Shown: positions 11,999-25,383 of the stretch, in pieces
How the letters are laid out: every line of letters begins with the position of its first letter
How positions within the stretch are numbered: the first letter of the stretch is position 1
From: Lama guanicoe
Lineage: Eukaryota
Assembly: GCA_013239625.1 (NCBI GenBank)
Contig: MU053758.1
Span: 3,829,490-3,893,489 of the forward strand
Direction of reading: 5' to 3'
DNA length: 64,000 bases
The notes under the pieces: model-generated
Told to the model about the DNA's origin: nothing
The model's database searches: none
Seen by the model: only the letters and a program-made list of their open reading frames with translations
Translations under genes and position numbers: made by a program

Positions 11999-12745
11999 GA
12001 TGTGGGTTGCGCTCCTCTGCCCGTAGTCCCTGGAGGTGCCACCTACGGCTGCCAGAGTTTAGGAGGGGCGGGCAGGGGACTGAAAATACCTTCCACCTGC
12101 GCTTCACCAGCCTCTCCAGGGGTCTACCTCCTCCTCACCATCTTACGTTCCTCTCCTAGGCCCGTGACCCCCCTAGCACCAGCGGCCCAGGATAGGTCAT
12201 TGTGTCCATTCTAGGCCAATGGACTCGAAATTCTTTGTTGAAGTTGGCCTGTCCATTGTATTATGCCTCTCCTTCCCCCGTTCTCCATCTCAAAAAACAA
12301 AACAAAATAAAACAATACCCTGCCTGCCTCTGACACAAAGCCCGCCCCCCGGCCCCCTTTAGGCCGTTCTATTAAACGGCTCATGTCAAAGTCAAACTTT
12401 CTACTCGACTCCTCCAGCCCTGAGTGTGAGAGTCCCTGGGGCAGGAAGCTGTTCCTTCCATGGGGACCACCACTTTCCTGCCTCCAGCTCCCTGGGGACA
12501 GCAGCTACTGTTGGCTGGCTCCTGCTGGAGCGCCCCACATAGAGTGTGGCACCTGTTCCGTTCACAATAGATGAACCGGATCTACGTGCAGTTTTGTGAG
12601 TGCCTGGTGTGAGCATCTGTGTCCAGGCGTGCCCTGCGCTTGCGTGCACAGCCAGTGCGTGCACCTCTGCGGGGTGTGTAGGGTGGCCTGGCCGGGGCGC
12701 CTACTCAGGCTGCGGCGGCGCGGAGCTGGAGGAAACTGGCGTCCC

Positions 12746-12765
12746 GCGCCCCCAGGGGGCAGCAC
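12746..12765 (+). promoter_or_regulatory. CTCF-like motif in a small CpG-rich patch (~12600-12850)
   Basis: GCGCCCCCAGGGGGCAGCAC. Confidence 0.5.
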
Positions 12766-13249
12766 TGAGCCGCTCCGGCCCCGCCACCAACTTGACCCGG
12801 AGGAGAGGCCTCTGCCTCTCCGGCTGCGGAGCCCACGAGGCCCGGTGAGAAGTGCTTCAGCTCTGCAAACACAGCAAGGAAATAACCGAAAATCCACACT
12901 GCAGGTGGAGGTGATATGGGACGGGGTGCTGTCAATGTTTCTAAAATCGGGTGGTGGGTTCATAGGTGCTTGTCTTTATCCTTAAATCCTACCCTATTTT
13001 GTAGATATTATTTTGACTCTATTTGGCAGTACATTTTTCCTTTTTAATAAAGATTGGCCTCTGAGCTGTCTCTAGAACAAGGAAGGACCACTCGCCCCTC
13101 TGACTTAACTCTCCAGGGGCAAAACTGAGCCCCGCAGCTCCCAGGGTCCCCCGTCTCCTGGGAGGGTTCCCTGGGGTTGACCTCCGCCCTGGGGGAGGGG
13201 AGGGCCAGGCTCCTTCCGCCGCCCGGGGTCCCCTGGACAAGCCACATCT

Positions 13250-13845
13250 TTACACACAGCTCAGACTCACACGCCGACACAAATATTCGCACGCACATAG
13301 TCACATGCTCACTGACCCCTATAGCCTGACATAGGCACACACTGATAGAGTAACACTCACACATTTACACACACACGTTCACGCTGTCCCACTCACCCAA
13401 CATCACACCACAGGCTCACACACTCACACTCATCCGTAGACACAGACCGGAGTCTCACCCTCACACACTTAGCACAGCTTTCCCACAGTCACACTCACAC
13501 ACACCCCCCTAGACTTACACATTCATCACAGTGTGCACTCACAGACCCACACACACTCACACACGGTACAGACACATCCAGACTCCCACACTCACATCTA
13601 CAGTCGGCTCACACACATTCACACAGACTCGCATGTCACACACCCTCACACCCACAAGCCCATGCACACTCGTATTCACACTCACGCATGTGTACAGACT
13701 AGCACAGCCTCACCACTGATTCACACACTCACAGACTCACACACTTGCACACCCACAGGCACACTTGTGCACACGTTCATATTTGGGCACACTCACACAA
13801 TCTCTCACTGTCATACTTTACACACCCACTCACACAAAGCAGCCA
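13250..13845. repeat. Degenerate (CA)n-rich low-complexity tract
   Basis: About 600 bp of interrupted CACACA/CTCACA units. Confidence 0.85.
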
Positions 13846-13886
13846 TTGCCACTCCCACTAGCCGGTCAACTTTGAATCCTCACTGC

Positions 13887-13928
13887 NNNNNNNNNNNNNN
13901 NNNNNNNNNNNNNNNNNNNNNNNNNNNN
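13887..13928. other. Assembly gap (42 N) followed by poly-G
   Basis: Run of N in the sequence. Confidence 1.
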
Positions 13929-16900
13929 GGGGGGGGGGGGGGCGGAGCAGGAGTTGGGGAAGGAGGAGCTTGCAACCACCTTGATCTCAAAAGATTTCTG
14001 TATTCTTCCCAGGAGGCCCCAGTCCCAAGCCTGAGGGATGTTTCTCCTCAGGGCAGAGGAAGCAGAAGCAGGGCCAAGATCACATGACAGCCTTGGCCGG
14101 CCCACAGGCCTCAGAGGACAGCCCCAAGCTTCCCACACCATGAGCCAGTTCAGGCTCTCACCCCGTGACCAGGGTCTGGGGACTAGAGAGGGGACACACA
14201 TGACAGCAGGCCCTGATCTTGGGGAGCTCTGTCTCCAGGGGACACAGTAGACATCACAGGCTGGCTGAGCAGGTGGGGCTGTGGAAGCACCTAAGAGGGG
14301 CCCCCAATGCAGCCCAAGAGGCAGTACAGCTGGGGAAGTGTTCTGACCTGTACACCCAGGGCCACAGGTAGACACTGGCCTTCCTAGTGGGTAACTGGCA
14401 CCTGCAAAGGCCCGGAGGCACCAGGGCCTGGCACCCGCAGGAAATAGTGAGACCCAGATGGGGCGAGTCGGCTGGGAAGGTAGAGATGGGATCCAGGCCT
14501 GCGGAGGCTGGCAGGGGCCCACAGCAGAAGGGCTTGTATGTCCTGCTAAGGAGTGTGGCCTCCTTCTTGAAGGCCACAAGGTGCCCTGATCAACCGTGCA
14601 GGACAGGTGGGGACAGAGCCGCTCTGAAGAGGCAGACAATGTCCAGAAGCTCCAGTAGTGGCAGGTGCCCTTAGTCTCCATTCTAGGACAGAGCTGGCCC
14701 AGGAACCTCATCCACTAGTTCAGGGAACCCCCCACAAGAGAGCCATGCGTTTCTCTAACTCATCAGAACACGTCCCCCACGAGTAAGAGAGGGTCTGTCT
14801 GTGCAAAGGGCCAGAAACAAATGTACAAACTAAGAACCCAGGAATCTCCAGGAAAAGTTACCAGCTTCTCCCAAACAGTCTGGCCTAGCAAAGTGGGTAG
14901 TGGGGGAGCACGAGAGGGAGCAGAAGCCGGGAGGCCAGCAGAGCAGAGCTGGGGACCGCATAAGGAGGGCACGGAGTCCTGGCTCCCCAGCTAGAGGACC
15001 TACATTCCTGCCTGAGGGAGAGTGGGGCTGCTCCAGCCCACACGTTCCAGCTGCCACCACACCCTTCCAGCCTGTTCTCACCTGTTCCCACGATTTCCCA
15101 GGCTGCCCTGGGCCCAGTTCTCAGGGCCAACTCCCAGAATCCTTCAGGATTCAGAATCTAACTAGAGAGATGCTGGTCTGAATGTCCAGAGGTCCACCTC
15201 CACTGGACAACTGCCTTCCCACAACACACACATATGTGCGCGCGCACACACAGACACACTGAACCATTCTTAGCCTCAGGACACCAGGACACAGAGTGGG
15301 GCTTTTAGGGGCTGAAGCACTTCCTTCCAAGCCAACAGTACCACCACCCAGGACAAAGTGCTACCCTCTTGGGACAGGGGTGGAGGGAAGGCAGCTGAAG
15401 TCTCCAGGAACAGGGGCACCCAGAACGCCAGCCCTAAGGCTCAGCCAAAGGATGCCAGGGAGGGGGGACCTGACAGGTGCTCAGTGATGGGCTAGCTGGA
15501 GCAAGATTTCTGCTTACCTGCTTCCCCGTCCCCTGGCCTAGGCCCCCGGACTACCTGGAGCTCAGCCCACTGCCCCTCCAGGTGCACGGCTGACATCTCA
15601 GCTCAAGCCCTGTCTTTGTCCCACAGCTCTGGTGTCACCTTTCTCGACCTTCCAGGCAGGACAGAATTCCCACACCCACCCTGGGCCCAGGGCCAGAGAC
15701 TGTCTGTTCCCACCGAGGCCTGGAAAGTGGTTTCTGCAGTCCAAGCTATCCTGGGCCTGCCCAGGAAACAGCCCAGCTCTGCCTGCTGCAGGGGAAGGAC
15801 GGAGGGGACCGGCCCAGGCCCCCAGGATGAGCTCAGAACTGCTGGGGCCCAGAACTGTGACTTGGGGAGGCAAGGGGCACACAGCAGCCGTTCGCTGGAG
15901 TGATTGAAATGCTTGCTCTATCAGAGACCCTCAGAGGAAGCAGGGGAACCGTGGATGAGGTCCCCAAATCCCAAACTTGAGGTTACCTCCCCCTCCCCAC
16001 CCAGCCAGGAGCCTGGCCTGACCTGCAGATGCTGACGGAGAAGCTGCAGAGCTCGGGTGGAGGGGGCCGGGTGAGCAAGGGGCAGGGTCCCAGCGCAGCC
16101 CATCTAGGTCTCCGTCTCAAGGTCACAGTCCACTCACCAGGAGCCCAGGGGCCTTGGCAGAGTAGGGCGCTCTGTCCTCCTTTCACAGGAGAGGAAACTG
16201 AGGCCCAGAGAGAGGAGGCAGATTGTGGGCAGCATCTCACAAGCGAGTGGTGGGGATTGACCTTGACCTACCCCCCCCCCGCAGATCCCTCCCAGCCACG
16301 ACGCCAATGCAGAGCGCCTACCAAGGGTGTGGAGCCCCCCTGGGCACAGGGCTGCACTCAGAGCCTCTGCCCCAGCACCCCACCGGGCACCCAGAGCTCC
16401 CAGCTGGTGAGGACAGAGGCCTCCCTGTGAGACTGGAGGCAACACACGGCATGTGCCAGCTGCTGCTTCCTGGCCTTTGAGGGGCCCTCGCCAGCCCCCA
16501 GCTCTCAGAACACTCTTCAGTCTTCCACCAGCATTTGCTGAGCTATGACCAAGACCAAGGCCCAAACCACCGATCATTGTAAGCCTCAGCCTCCAGCTTT
16601 CCAGGTGCAGAGGTAGAAGGGGGGCACGAAGAAGGGGTGAGCAGTGGGCACCCCCACTGCCCAGGCCATGGCAGGAGCTGGGGCTTCAGCAAGCTGCCCC
16701 CACCACCCCACCCCAGCCTGCGCCCCACCCAGCAGGGACTTGCAAGGCAAGCAGTTCTCACGCCCTGTTCTAGGCGGCTGCCAGACGCCTTCCTTACAAG
16801 GCCTTGGCCCTGAGCTGGCTCCGGGGCGGGTGGGGGCCTGGGCGGGGCACAGAACACCTGGCTTGGCCAAGCCCGGACGCACCCTGCTTGGGAGGAATGT

Positions 16901-19900
16901 GGACACCGTCCGGGCTGGCCCTGGGAAAGCTGCCACCCCCCTGGCTCCCTGACTCAGCCTGGGTGGGCCAGCGGCCGGAAAGATGCAGCCTCAGCAGGAT
17001 GGAGTCTCTTGGGCCCCACCCAGGGGATTGAAGCAGTGGGGTCCTGGGGGACAGGGCCTGAGAGAGGGGCTGAGAGCCAGGATGGCACCCATGGGGCCTC
17101 AGGACTTGAGGGACAGCAGGGATGCTGTTGGACTTGCCCATCCCTGCACTGCTCAGGGTCTGCCCACACCAGATTCCTGCGAACATCAGGAGCGCTGGAT
17201 GCTCTAAACACAGTGGTCGGGCCCGTGGGACCTGAGCCTCTAGCATGGGCATCTCGCAGCTCTGAGCCTCAGTTTCCTCATCCATAAAGTGGGGCCAGTG
17301 ATGGTTCCTCCCTATTGAGTCGGGCCGGGTGGGGGGACACTTCTGCTTAACCTGCAAGCATTTGACAAGCAGTGGCAAACAAATCACAGCTTTGACCGGA
17401 TCTGGTAACTTGGGGAAGGATCTAACAGCTCTGGGAAGGGGCCCCCACTCGGGGAGGAGAAGCACCCACTAAGTCACAAAAGTATTTGCCAGGGAGGCCT
17501 GGTGAGCCCCATCCGTGCTCCAGAGCTGAGTGATCTCATCTGTCTTCTGTCTTTGTCACCCAATATGGATGCTCCCAAGTCCCATGGCAGGGGCTGGGTC
17601 TCCCCTCTGACTGGGAACTCTCAAGGGCTGGGGCCATGTTTCTCCCTGACAGGGGGCTCCCCAGGGACTGAGACCCCGTCTGCCTTTATCTCTCCATAAT
17701 CCCGAGCCCTGGGCCAGAGAAACCAGAAGGAAGCCAGTGAAGGCCAGAAAAACTGTCCTTCCCCTCCCGCGTGCCACCCCTGCTTTCCCAGGCCCTGATC
17801 CCCTCTGCGTACCCCCCAGCCAGCCCCTAGACATGGTGCTGGAGCCGCCTCAGTGACCTCTGCCCCAGCCTGGGGACTGGTGACCTTTCCATCCCTCCCC
17901 TGCCCGGAAGGAGGCTCTGCTGCCCCCAGCCAGGACAGAAGGGCTCTCTCACCCCCTGCCTCCCCTGAACCCTTCCCACAGCCCAGCTGGCCCAGGAGGG
18001 CTTTCCTCCTCGGACTACACTTCTCCCCTGTGATCCGGGCATAGTCCCCCTCACCTGGCCTGTCTCCTAAGTCTACGGGGCTGGGAGCAGAGTCTGGGGT
18101 TGGGGCCACTCCATCCAGTGTTGCTGGGACAACAGCCCTGGCTCCCCTGAGCTTGAGAAGGGAGGGAAGGGTCTCTGGGCCCAGGGGCCCTGCTGCACAT
18201 TGCCCCCCACCCACCCACCCACCTCCTCCTCCATCCCTAGCCCCGCTTTTCCCAGGCCGGCACAAAGGCCCAAGTTGGGGTGCGGCCTTGGCAGGACAAA
18301 CAGTCTCTATTGTTGGGTGTTGTGCCTTGGTTACCAAGGAGGGCGGCTGGGGGCTGGCTCCCTGCCATGTTTGGGCCCCGGGCTGAACGCGTGGGTGGGG
18401 AGGGAAGGCAGAGGATTGGGGTGTGGAGCTTACTTCCCGCTCCCAGGGCCTGCGGGCAGGGAGGGCCCGCTGGGACTCGCAGCACCCTGGGCCGATTCAG
18501 ACTTGCTTCCACCCTCCCTTTCTGCTGGTTCAGGGACATGCCGGGCCAGGGAAAGCCAGCTCGGGGCAGGGCGGGCTCCCCTGCTGCTCAGATTGGGGCC
18601 GAGGCCCCAGCACAGCAGGCACTGCAATGCCCCAACCCTCAGGACTGACTTTGTACCATCCAGGACTCAGGCCACCTGGGAGAGGGTCCCAGGACTCCAG
18701 GTCAAGTCACCATCCCTCTTTGGACCTCAGTTTCCCCATCTGTATAGTGTCAGGAGCCAGCCTGGGTGGTCCCCGAGAAACTGCCCTAGTTTTGTTCCCC
18801 GCCATGAGCTGGACCATCTTGAGCCAAGAGTGGGAGGAGCGGGGCTGGGGGTAGGGGATCGTGGCCAGCTGGGGGTCCCCAGCTGTGAGGATTCCTTCTA
18901 CATCACCACCAGCCACTGCCCGGCCCGGGGCTGGCACCCACAAGTGCAAACTGATAGCTGAGGGCAGGAGCCCAGGGCTGTGGCCAGGAACGGTGTTAGA
19001 GGGAGGGGGTCTCCCTGCCTGCTGGCCTGAAGGTGGGGTCTCCTCTTCTTCCCTCTCCCAGCAATGGCCAACAACAGCCAGAAGAATCCCAGCCTGACCT
19101 CCAGTGACTCCTCACCAGCTCTCTGTCTCCTCAGCCCTCTGCCTCTCAGACAAAAGCCAGCCTTCCATCATTAGAACACGGGTTGAATACTGACTGTGTG
19201 CCTGGCTCTGTGCTGGAGGCTGGGGAGGCAGGACTGAGGCCCCATCAGCTGATGCAGGAGACACTAGCAGCAGCTGGTACAGATAGGGCAGGGCAGGCTC
19301 GGGCCGGGGGCGGCGGGCTGAGGCTAGGGAAGGAGAGGAAGGGGCTTGAGGATGTGGACAGGCAGCAGTGCCAGAAGAACGTGATGAGAGAAGCATTTGG
19401 GGGTAGGGGTGGAGGTGAGGCCAAGAGACCAGCAGACAAGTGGGGAGCTGTTCTCCAAGGGCCTTGTGACCAGGCTGAGACAGTGGGAATAGGGGTCATT
19501 GCAGGGGGAGGGGAAGGACCTAGCCCCAGGAGGGAGGGACCCATCTCCCCACAAGCAGACACCATCTCTGGGCCCTGACCGAGGTTCTGGACATCCCCCG
19601 GAAATCCAGGGACCTGGGTTTCTGCTTTGGATAAACACATGAGCTAATGCCCATCCAATCCAGATCTGCTCTCCAAAGCTTTAAGTTGGCAAAACAGAGA
19701 GAAAAGAGGCTTGTTCATGCAAGTGCGCCAGCCGCTGGGTCGCTGGGCCTCTGGTGGGGGGAAGGCGGGGTGTGCACCGGGCAGACCTGGCTGGAGACAG
19801 AGGGTCCTGGGCAGGGTTGGTAGAGGGGAAGGGCGGGCAGTGACTACACACAAATGTCTGCAGGGCTAGGCCCCTAGTGTAGACAGCACTGGGTTGATGG

Positions 19901-20979
19901 CGGGTGCTGAGCCCAGGGAATGGAGGGCCCCCAGGAGCAGCTGCCCCAGTTTGCTGCCAGCTCACATGGGGATCCCAGAGAAGCCAGACCTCCTCCTGCT
20001 CACTCAGGAAGCTGGAACTCCAGATTGATGGACAGGCCTCCCAATCTTTTAAACATAGAAACTGATTCCAAAATAACACCATGGGCAGGCTAAACAGATC
20101 ATGGACGTGAGAGCGTCTCGGAGCTCCAGGGGCCTGAGGGACAATCACACCCAATGGCCCCCTCAAGGAAGGAGTCCACCGAGGCCCAGAGGGGAAACAG
20201 GCCTGCAGATGGGATTAAGTCGGGCCCCTGACTCTCCCATGCTCGCCCTGGCACCTCCACCCACCTCCCAGGGGAACCCTGGGAAAAGCAGCGCAGACCT
20301 CTCCCCATCACGTGCCACCACCATGCAGACCCCCACCCGGCTGAGGGTGAAGGGCTACGTGACCCCTCACCCACCATCCCCCACAGCAGGCCTTTCTTTG
20401 TGCTCCCTACTTCCAGGTCCCAAGGTCTCCCCTGCTCGTCTGAGCCCCACAGCCACCAGAATTGTTCTCCCACTCTACAGAAAAGAGAAACCGAGGCCGG
20501 AGAGGCCAGGCCACTGCCCAGAGTTCCTCTCAGACAAGTTCCAGACAGTGAGGAGGGGGCTCTGTGCCTGCCAGCAGGTCCATGGGGAAGCCCTGACTTG
20601 CAGGGCCAGGAGAGCAAGGGTGAGTCAGCCACAGGCCCGGCAGGTTCAGAGCAGCCCGAGCACAGGGCCAAGTCCGCAGAGGCCAGGCCTGGAGTCTGAG
20701 GTGGAGGCTCAGCAGGGGCCCAGGCGCCCTTAGGGTTGGGGGGTAGACACACAAGGCAGGGGGAGGTGCTGACCCCGGCTGGAGGGAGCAGCAGGGAGAG
20801 GCCAGGATGTCGGCAGTCCCCCACATCCACGCCCACCAAGGATCCCCGAGAACCACTTCTCTCTCTTCTAGCACTTTCTGCTGTCCCATCCCTAAGCCCA
20901 ACTCTAACCCTGGGCCGCAGCCAGCTGTTTCAGTGCTGGCCTTCTTGAGGGGCAGTAGGAAGAAGAAACACCCCGCTAT

Positions 20980-21036
20980 GGTGTCCGGTGCCCCAGGGAC
21001 TCAGGGGCCACCCCAGGGATGTTGAGGAGTCACAGT
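20980..21036 (+). repeat. ~57-bp direct repeat, copy 1
   Basis: GGTGTCCGGTGCCCCAG..CTCAGGGGCCACCCCAGGGATGTTGAGGAGTCAC recurs at 22408-22466. Confidence 0.9.
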
Positions 21037-22407
21037 CATGCTGAGACGTCCAGCGCCTGCTCGGGGCCGGGTCCCAGGCCGGGAGATACGGGTGAACGGG
21101 ACGTGCACCTGCCCTCAGGGAGTCACAGCCATGGGGGGAGGAGGACAAGGGAAAACTAAAATCCCACAGAGCAGCCGGGACCTTCTCAGCTGCGAAGGGC
21201 AGGCACTGGGAAGAGACGCGCCCCAGTGGTGGAATGTGCGTACGTAGGGCTCTTCTCCCTGTTCAAGCCGGTCTTTCTTCAACTTTGTACGTGTACACAG
21301 GAGAATGCACGGACAATCCCTGTGCAGCTCGGGGAATTTTCACAAAGCGAAACCAACACCTGTATAACCAGCACCCAGATCACAAAGCAATTTGAGGCTT
21401 CCCAGAGCCCCCTACCCCATGCCCCCTTCCAGGTACTAACCCCCTGCCGCCCCAAGGGTAACCATCACATCTAACAGACTCACAGGACCTGCTTTTGTGA
21501 TTTATACAACTGGATTCACATAATACAGCTCTTTTTATGTCTTCTTGCTCCACATTACGTCTGCAAGGTTCTCTCTCTGCTGTAGAGAACACTGTTGTGT
21601 GAACAGACATGTGTAGGATTGTGACAGGGACACGGGGAAGGGCACTCTGGGCAGGGGACTTCGGAGGTGAAGGCAGGAAGGGGAGAAACAGCCCAGCCCC
21701 CAGCCTTACTCCCACAGCAAGTGTCCAGAGCTTGGAGGACCTCACAGGCGCCCCTCCTGTCAGAGCTTAATTCCAGACATGCTCCCAGGATGGGCATCAG
21801 CCAGGAGCCAGGCCTGAGTCTGCAGCCCAAGGCCTCCGCAACAATCCTGCCCTCTGTCCATCTACCTTCCCAGAATCCAGCCTGTTCCACCCCATGAAAT
21901 TTGCAAGAGGAGGAAAGGCACAAGAGGCATGCTAATTATATGCAAATGATAATGCAAATGAACTGGGCTCCATATGTCAACTTGGGCAGTAGCCATTGTG
22001 AGCAGAGAACCAGACCTCCAAGTGGATAGACCACTCCCTGCCACTGACTCAGTCCTCCCGCTAGCTCCTGGGATACACAGCCCCCACCCCCAAACCTTCA
22101 CCCTGAAGCTCAGGCCTCCTACTCTCCCCTTCACTCACTAATTCAACTTTGAGTCACAGAGGACTGCAGGATGGGGAGGCCATGAGGTGGGTGCAGCTCC
22201 TGCCTTCCAGGAGCTAACAGTCTACCTGGGAAGGGGACACAAACACAGCCACCACTCCCCAGTAAGAGCCGCAGGTGGCCTGAAGAATGGATGAGGTAGT
22301 CAGACAAGAGGGAGGGTGCAAGTCCAAAGGCCCAGCTGTGAGTATGCCCAGTGAGTTGCTGAAAGGATGTCTGAGAGGCAGGAATGCAGAGGGTGACCAG
22401 AAGAGGG

Positions 22408-22466
22408 GGTGTCCGGTGCCCCAGAGCCTCAGGGGCCACCCCAGGGATGTTGAGGAGTCACGGTCA
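22408..22466 (+). repeat. ~57-bp direct repeat, copy 2
   Basis: Near-identical to 20980-21036. Confidence 0.9.
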
Positions 22467-23313
22467 AAGCTGGAGGGAGGAGCCTGAGCCAGGCAGAGCC
22501 TCCAATACTGGTTGCCAGTGAACAGGCAGCCCCTGCAAGGTCTGGGAAGAGGCAGGGCACTGCCCATCCTCGGGGCTCACCTATTCCATGACTGGGAAGC
22601 TCTGACTGCTGGAAAGTTCTTCCTTCTGGGATAAATCAGCCACCTGTAAAATTCCCCGGCCCACAGGCTCCTGTCCTGCCTCAGGGCATTCACAGGTGGA
22701 GTGGCCTCCCTGCCTCCAGGACAGCCTCTCACCCCTTTCACAGCACAATTGGCTCTTACCTGGCCAGGTAGGAGGGTGCTTTGGAACCAGGTTCCAGGTG
22801 CAAACCCCAGCTCATTCCCTTAATGGCTGTGTAGCCTTGGACCCTTTACCTAACCTCTCTGAACCTCGATTCTCTCCTCTGTGAAGAGGCATAACCCTGT
22901 TCACCTCAGTGTGGGTGCACTTGAGAGGGATGGTGGTGGGAAACACTCAACCCCTCCTTGGTGCTCTGGGCTGACCTGTCAGTGGGCTGTGGGTGGAGGT
23001 CATCAGGGCGCTCTCCTTGTTTGCCACTTCACTCCCAGTGCCCTGACTGACACTTGGTGAGTGTTCAATAGCGTTAGCAGAATGAATGAATGAATGATCA
23101 CTGTGCTGATTACAGGCAAACTCACAATTGCCACTCGGGACATAAGCCAACACAGTTACAAATGGTCACAATACCCACGGCTCCCCAGTTTAGCCAGGGC
23201 TACCCTCGTCCCCATCGCATCCCGAGTGAACGTGCAGAAGCGCACAGCTTAGGAAGACGAATCCACTTGGTTAAGAAGCTCGAGGAAACCAGAGACTGAG
23301 CCCTTCGTGCTCG

Positions 23314-23355
23314 CGGCGCCCTCTCCTGGGCAGACCCGCCGCCGCCGCCGCCGCC
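23314..23355 (-). promoter_or_regulatory. CTCF-like motif plus short (GCC)n run in a CpG-rich patch (~23200-23480)
   Basis: Minus strand CCCAGGAGAGGGCGCCG at 23314-23330; CCGCCGCCGCCGCCGCCGCC at ~23336-23355. Confidence 0.5.
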
Positions 23356-24180
23356 TCCAGCCAGCACGCGGCGGGAGGACTTCAGAGGGTACAAGCAGTC
23401 CCTACCCCCGCCCCGCCTCGGCCTCGGCCTCTCCGCTAACCTGGCGAACTCCGCCAGGAAGAAAGGTTCAATCTGGGGGTGGTCCTGCCCCTTCCCTACA
23501 CAACCCCTCGCCCAGAGAAGCCCCTGGCGTCCCCTACCCTCCACAAACATCTCTGTCTTTCCTTTCCCCTCTCTCCTGCTCCTTACGCAAACGCATTTCA
23601 GACATCCCTAAATCCCCACCATCCCGCCCCGCTCTCTCAGCTGGCCTCAAGTTAGAATCATTAAATGCTCTGGGCCACACAGAATCCTAGAAATGGAGAT
23701 ATTTGTGGTGAACGTCAGACCGTTAGTTCAACCATCATTTTGCCTTGGGGAAAATTGGGGCAGGGAGACTGGAAGAGTACAGAAAGAGGAGTCTTTGTGG
23801 GCATTTGCCGCGAGCTGGACTGTGCGATCGGCCCTTTCCCAGTACACAGACACTTGCCCAAGGCCACAGCGCAGAACCAGGACCCAAACCTGCCACTCTC
23901 TGCCCAGTGTTCCCTCCATCCATCCTACCAGGGTCTCCCTTGGAAAGGGACCTTAGGAGGGGGCGGTACGAGAAACAAGCACACACCACTTTAGGCCGCC
24001 AGCTGGTGCCCTCACCACAGATCTAACGCCCCCAACCCTAGAGACAGAACTCTCCTCCACACGTCTCGAGGGGAGCTGGGTCTGTTTTCGGGCTTTGGAT
24101 GCTGGGAACGTGGGAGGAACGGGCGGCGCGAGGCGGGGGCGGGGGGAGGGGGGCGGGCCTCAATCCTCAAGCCTGGTCTA

Positions 24181-24232
24181 TGCTCCCATCTTGTGGCCAC
24201 AGCAGGAAGTGTGCCTGTTTCGCCGCTCTGCG
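24181..24232 (+). repeat. 52-bp direct repeat, copy 1, containing CTCF-like and ETS motifs
   Basis: TGCTCCCATCTTGTGGCCACAGCAGGAAGTGTGCCTGTTTCGCCGCTCTGCG; second copy at 25384-25435. Confidence 0.9.
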
Positions 24233-24857
24233 TTCGTCCTGAAGTTCGAAGTCACTCTTGGGTTGAGCCAAACTGAGCTCTGTTCTCCCGCTCCCAGGGA
24301 CACATAAAGGAACAAGACACAGCCCGTTCCCTTACAGTTCACTTACAGCTTACGGTCTGGCCGGGTGGCCTCTGAGTGGTATGGTCCAAAACTCAACTCT
24401 GCGCCAGATACCCACCAAAATAGGTCTGCAAAAGGTTCCAAAAGAGGGAGCGAGGGAGGCATCAGGGAAGCGATGTTGAAGCTGGGTCTTAAAAGGCAGG
24501 TAGGATTCTCGGCAAGCAAAGATGAAAGAAAGCGCTCCCGATGGAGGGACCAGCCTGAGCAACGGCATGGAGGCAGGAAAACATCGGTTCCAAGGAATCC
24601 AATTTGTCCCAAGCCTAGGTCAGATGTTAAGGAGTTGAGAGAAAGATCATCTGGGAGCTAGTGGGCAAAGCTCAGTTTGTACTTAAATCCTTATGCAATG
24701 GGGAGCTAGCAAAGGTCTTTCAGCAAGGGCACAGCTTGGGCAGGGGGGTCTCTTCAGGGGAAAAAAAAAAGCATGATAGCTGCAGACAAGGGGAGGGAGC
24801 AGGGCAAATGGAAGAGTCAGGGCAACTGAGAAGGCACCAGGGAAAGAAAAAGACGAA

Positions 24858-24950
24858 GGAAGGCAGGCATAGCTCAGCAGTAGAGCGATTGCTTAATATG
24901 CTCAAGGTCCTAGGTTCTATCCTTGGTACTGATGTTAAAGCAATTTTTTA
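24858..24950 (+). mobile_element. tRNA-derived SINE (diverged copy)
   Basis: ATAGCTCAGCAGTAGAGCG...GTCCTAGGTTCTATCC: Pol III A/B-box-like head shared with six other copies in the window. Confidence 0.7.
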
Positions 24951-24989
24951 ATTTTAAAAAATCACTCTTACGTCAAACCAAAAAAAAAA

Positions 24990-25305
24990 AAAGACACAAA
25001 TGAACTACTTTACAAAACAGAAACAGACTCACAGACATAGAAAACAAACTTATGGTTACCAGTGGGAAAAGGCAAAGGAATAAATTGGGAGTTTGGGATT
25101 TGCAGATACTAGCTACTACTATATATAAAATAAATAAACAAGGCCCTCCTGTATAGCACAGGGAACTATATTCAATATTGTGCAGTAACTTATAATGAAA
25201 AAGAACATGTATATGTATGGCTGAAACAGTATGCTATACACCAGAAATTGACACAACATTGTAAACTGACTATCCTTCAATTTAAAAAAAAAATTTTACA
25301 AAAAA
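24990..25305 (+). mobile_element. Artiodactyl-type L1 3' end fragment
   Basis: Same motifs as 9690-10020, ending in an A-rich tail. Confidence 0.8.
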
Positions 25306-25383
25306 GAGAGAAATGGAGGAAGGACTAATGCTGATGGCAGTACTACTGAGAGAGCTGACGGGCGGACCAGCAAGAGAGATCTG

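Noticed and set aside
13929..13942. Poly-G runs next to N gaps (also 60736-60743) as G-quadruplex elements
   Set aside because: They abut assembly gaps, so their length and content are unreliable.
13533..14087. 184-aa His/Thr-rich ORF
   Set aside because: Translation of degenerate (CA)n sequence running across an N gap.
3400..24000. Many 100-280 aa ORFs on both strands
   Set aside because: Pro/Gly/Ala/Arg-rich, overlapping in several frames and without recognisable domains; expected from stop-poor GC-rich DNA.
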